Source: Planctomycetota bacterium (lineage in GTDB: Bacteria > Planctomycetota > PLA2 > JAEUHO01). From it: a stretch of DNA of 64,000 nt. The stretch covers positions 32,001-96,000 of the forward strand of contig CBDCWP010000038.1 of NCBI GenBank assembly GCA_965223505.1. The letters run 5' to 3'. Under the pieces are notes generated by a model. It had not been told where the DNA came from. It saw nothing but the letters and a program-made list of their open reading frames with translations, and did not search any database. Made by a program: the position numbers and the translations under genes. How positions within the stretch are numbered: the first letter of the stretch is position 1; every line of letters starts with the position of its first letter. Shown here piece after piece: positions 63,384 to 64,000 of the stretch.

Positions 63384-64000
63384 CTAATCGGCGTGTTCGA
63401 CCGGGTCCTCTTCGCGATACGAAGGCCGGCCGCGCCACCCGAGCTTGCTTCGCAGCGCATCGTAGAACGGGCGGCCCGATACACGCAGCAGTCGGACCGG
63501 GACGTGCGCGTCGAAGACCTCGACGACGTGGTCGGCCGTGAGCGGATAGGGCTCAGCGCCGTCGACGGTCACGCTGGCGGGGGAACGGCTCTCCCCGCAC
63601 TGGAGCTCGATCCTGTGGTCGCCGGCCAGCACGACGGGACGGGTGGCCAGGCTGTGCGGCGCGATCGGCGCCATGACGATCGCGTTCACGGTCGGATCGA
63701 GCAAGGGTCCGCCGGCCGCCATCGCGTGCGCCGTGGATCCGGTGGCCGTCGCGAGGATGAGGCCGTCGCCCGAGTAGCGAATCGCCTCGCGGCCGTCGAT
63801 GCGCACGTCCACGTCCACCATGCGGCCGATGTTGTCTCGGCCGAGGACGACGTCGTTGAAGGCGAGCTCCTCGTGCTCGACCGCGCCGTCCTTGAGGAAG
63901 CGCACCCGGAGGCGCGTGCGCTCGCTGGTCGTGAACTTGCCCGCGAGGTAGTTGCGAATGCCCTCCTCGAGGTTGCCGGGCGAGACGTCGGCGAGAAAAC
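63384..64000 (-). CDS. nadK: NAD kinase (5'-truncated by the window edge)
   Basis: FLADV at the window edge, AFNDVV and GDGLILATATGSTAHAMAAGGP. Confidence 0.88.
   Translation of the reverse strand, partial: FLADVSPGNLEEGIRNYLAGKFTTSERTRLRVRFLKDGAVEHEELAFNDVVLGRDNIGRMVDVDVRIDGREAIRYSGDGLILATATGSTAHAMAAGGPLLDPTVNAIVMAPIAPHSLATRPVVLAGDHRIELQCGESRSPASVTVDGAEPYPLTADHVVEVFDAHVPVRLLRVSGRPFYDALRSKLGWRGRPSYREEDPVEHAD

Overview
A GC-rich (roughly 70% by eye) bacterial chromosomal segment. It is probably from a Planctomycetota-like lineage, which I infer from gene content: exported HEAT-repeat proteins, DUF58/BatA clusters and a TPP II-like subtilase. Most of it is housekeeping: fusA, rho, tig-clpP-clpX-rlmN-gatCAB, orn, guaBA, valS, ppx, purF, a cvpA-like gene, a MacB-type ABC system and a partial nadK. 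These are interspersed with lineage-specific exported proteins and several large proteases. I found no tRNA, rRNA, CRISPR array, cas gene, integrase or transposase. The strongest unexplained signal is a polarised tandem array of 164-165 bp units directly downstream of rho (about 11099-12046). Each unit is a ~123 bp segment carrying a long hairpin, plus a 41-42 bp copy of the last 13-14 codons of rho. Shared variants are confined to the rho-derived part and are graded with distance from the gene. The same hairpin architecture, with covarying outer stems, occurs behind two other stop codons (2657-2763 and 52524-52622). Other notable points: a signal-peptide-bearing, eukaryote-like TPP II that appears to lack both substrate-anchoring glutamates; a guaA with no canonical start codon that lies in frame behind the guaB UGA; a membrane-anchored TIR protein; a second small repeat anchored on CTAG stop codons; and an R/G-rich N-terminus on Rho. 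All family assignments come from motif recognition and recall, not from database searches.
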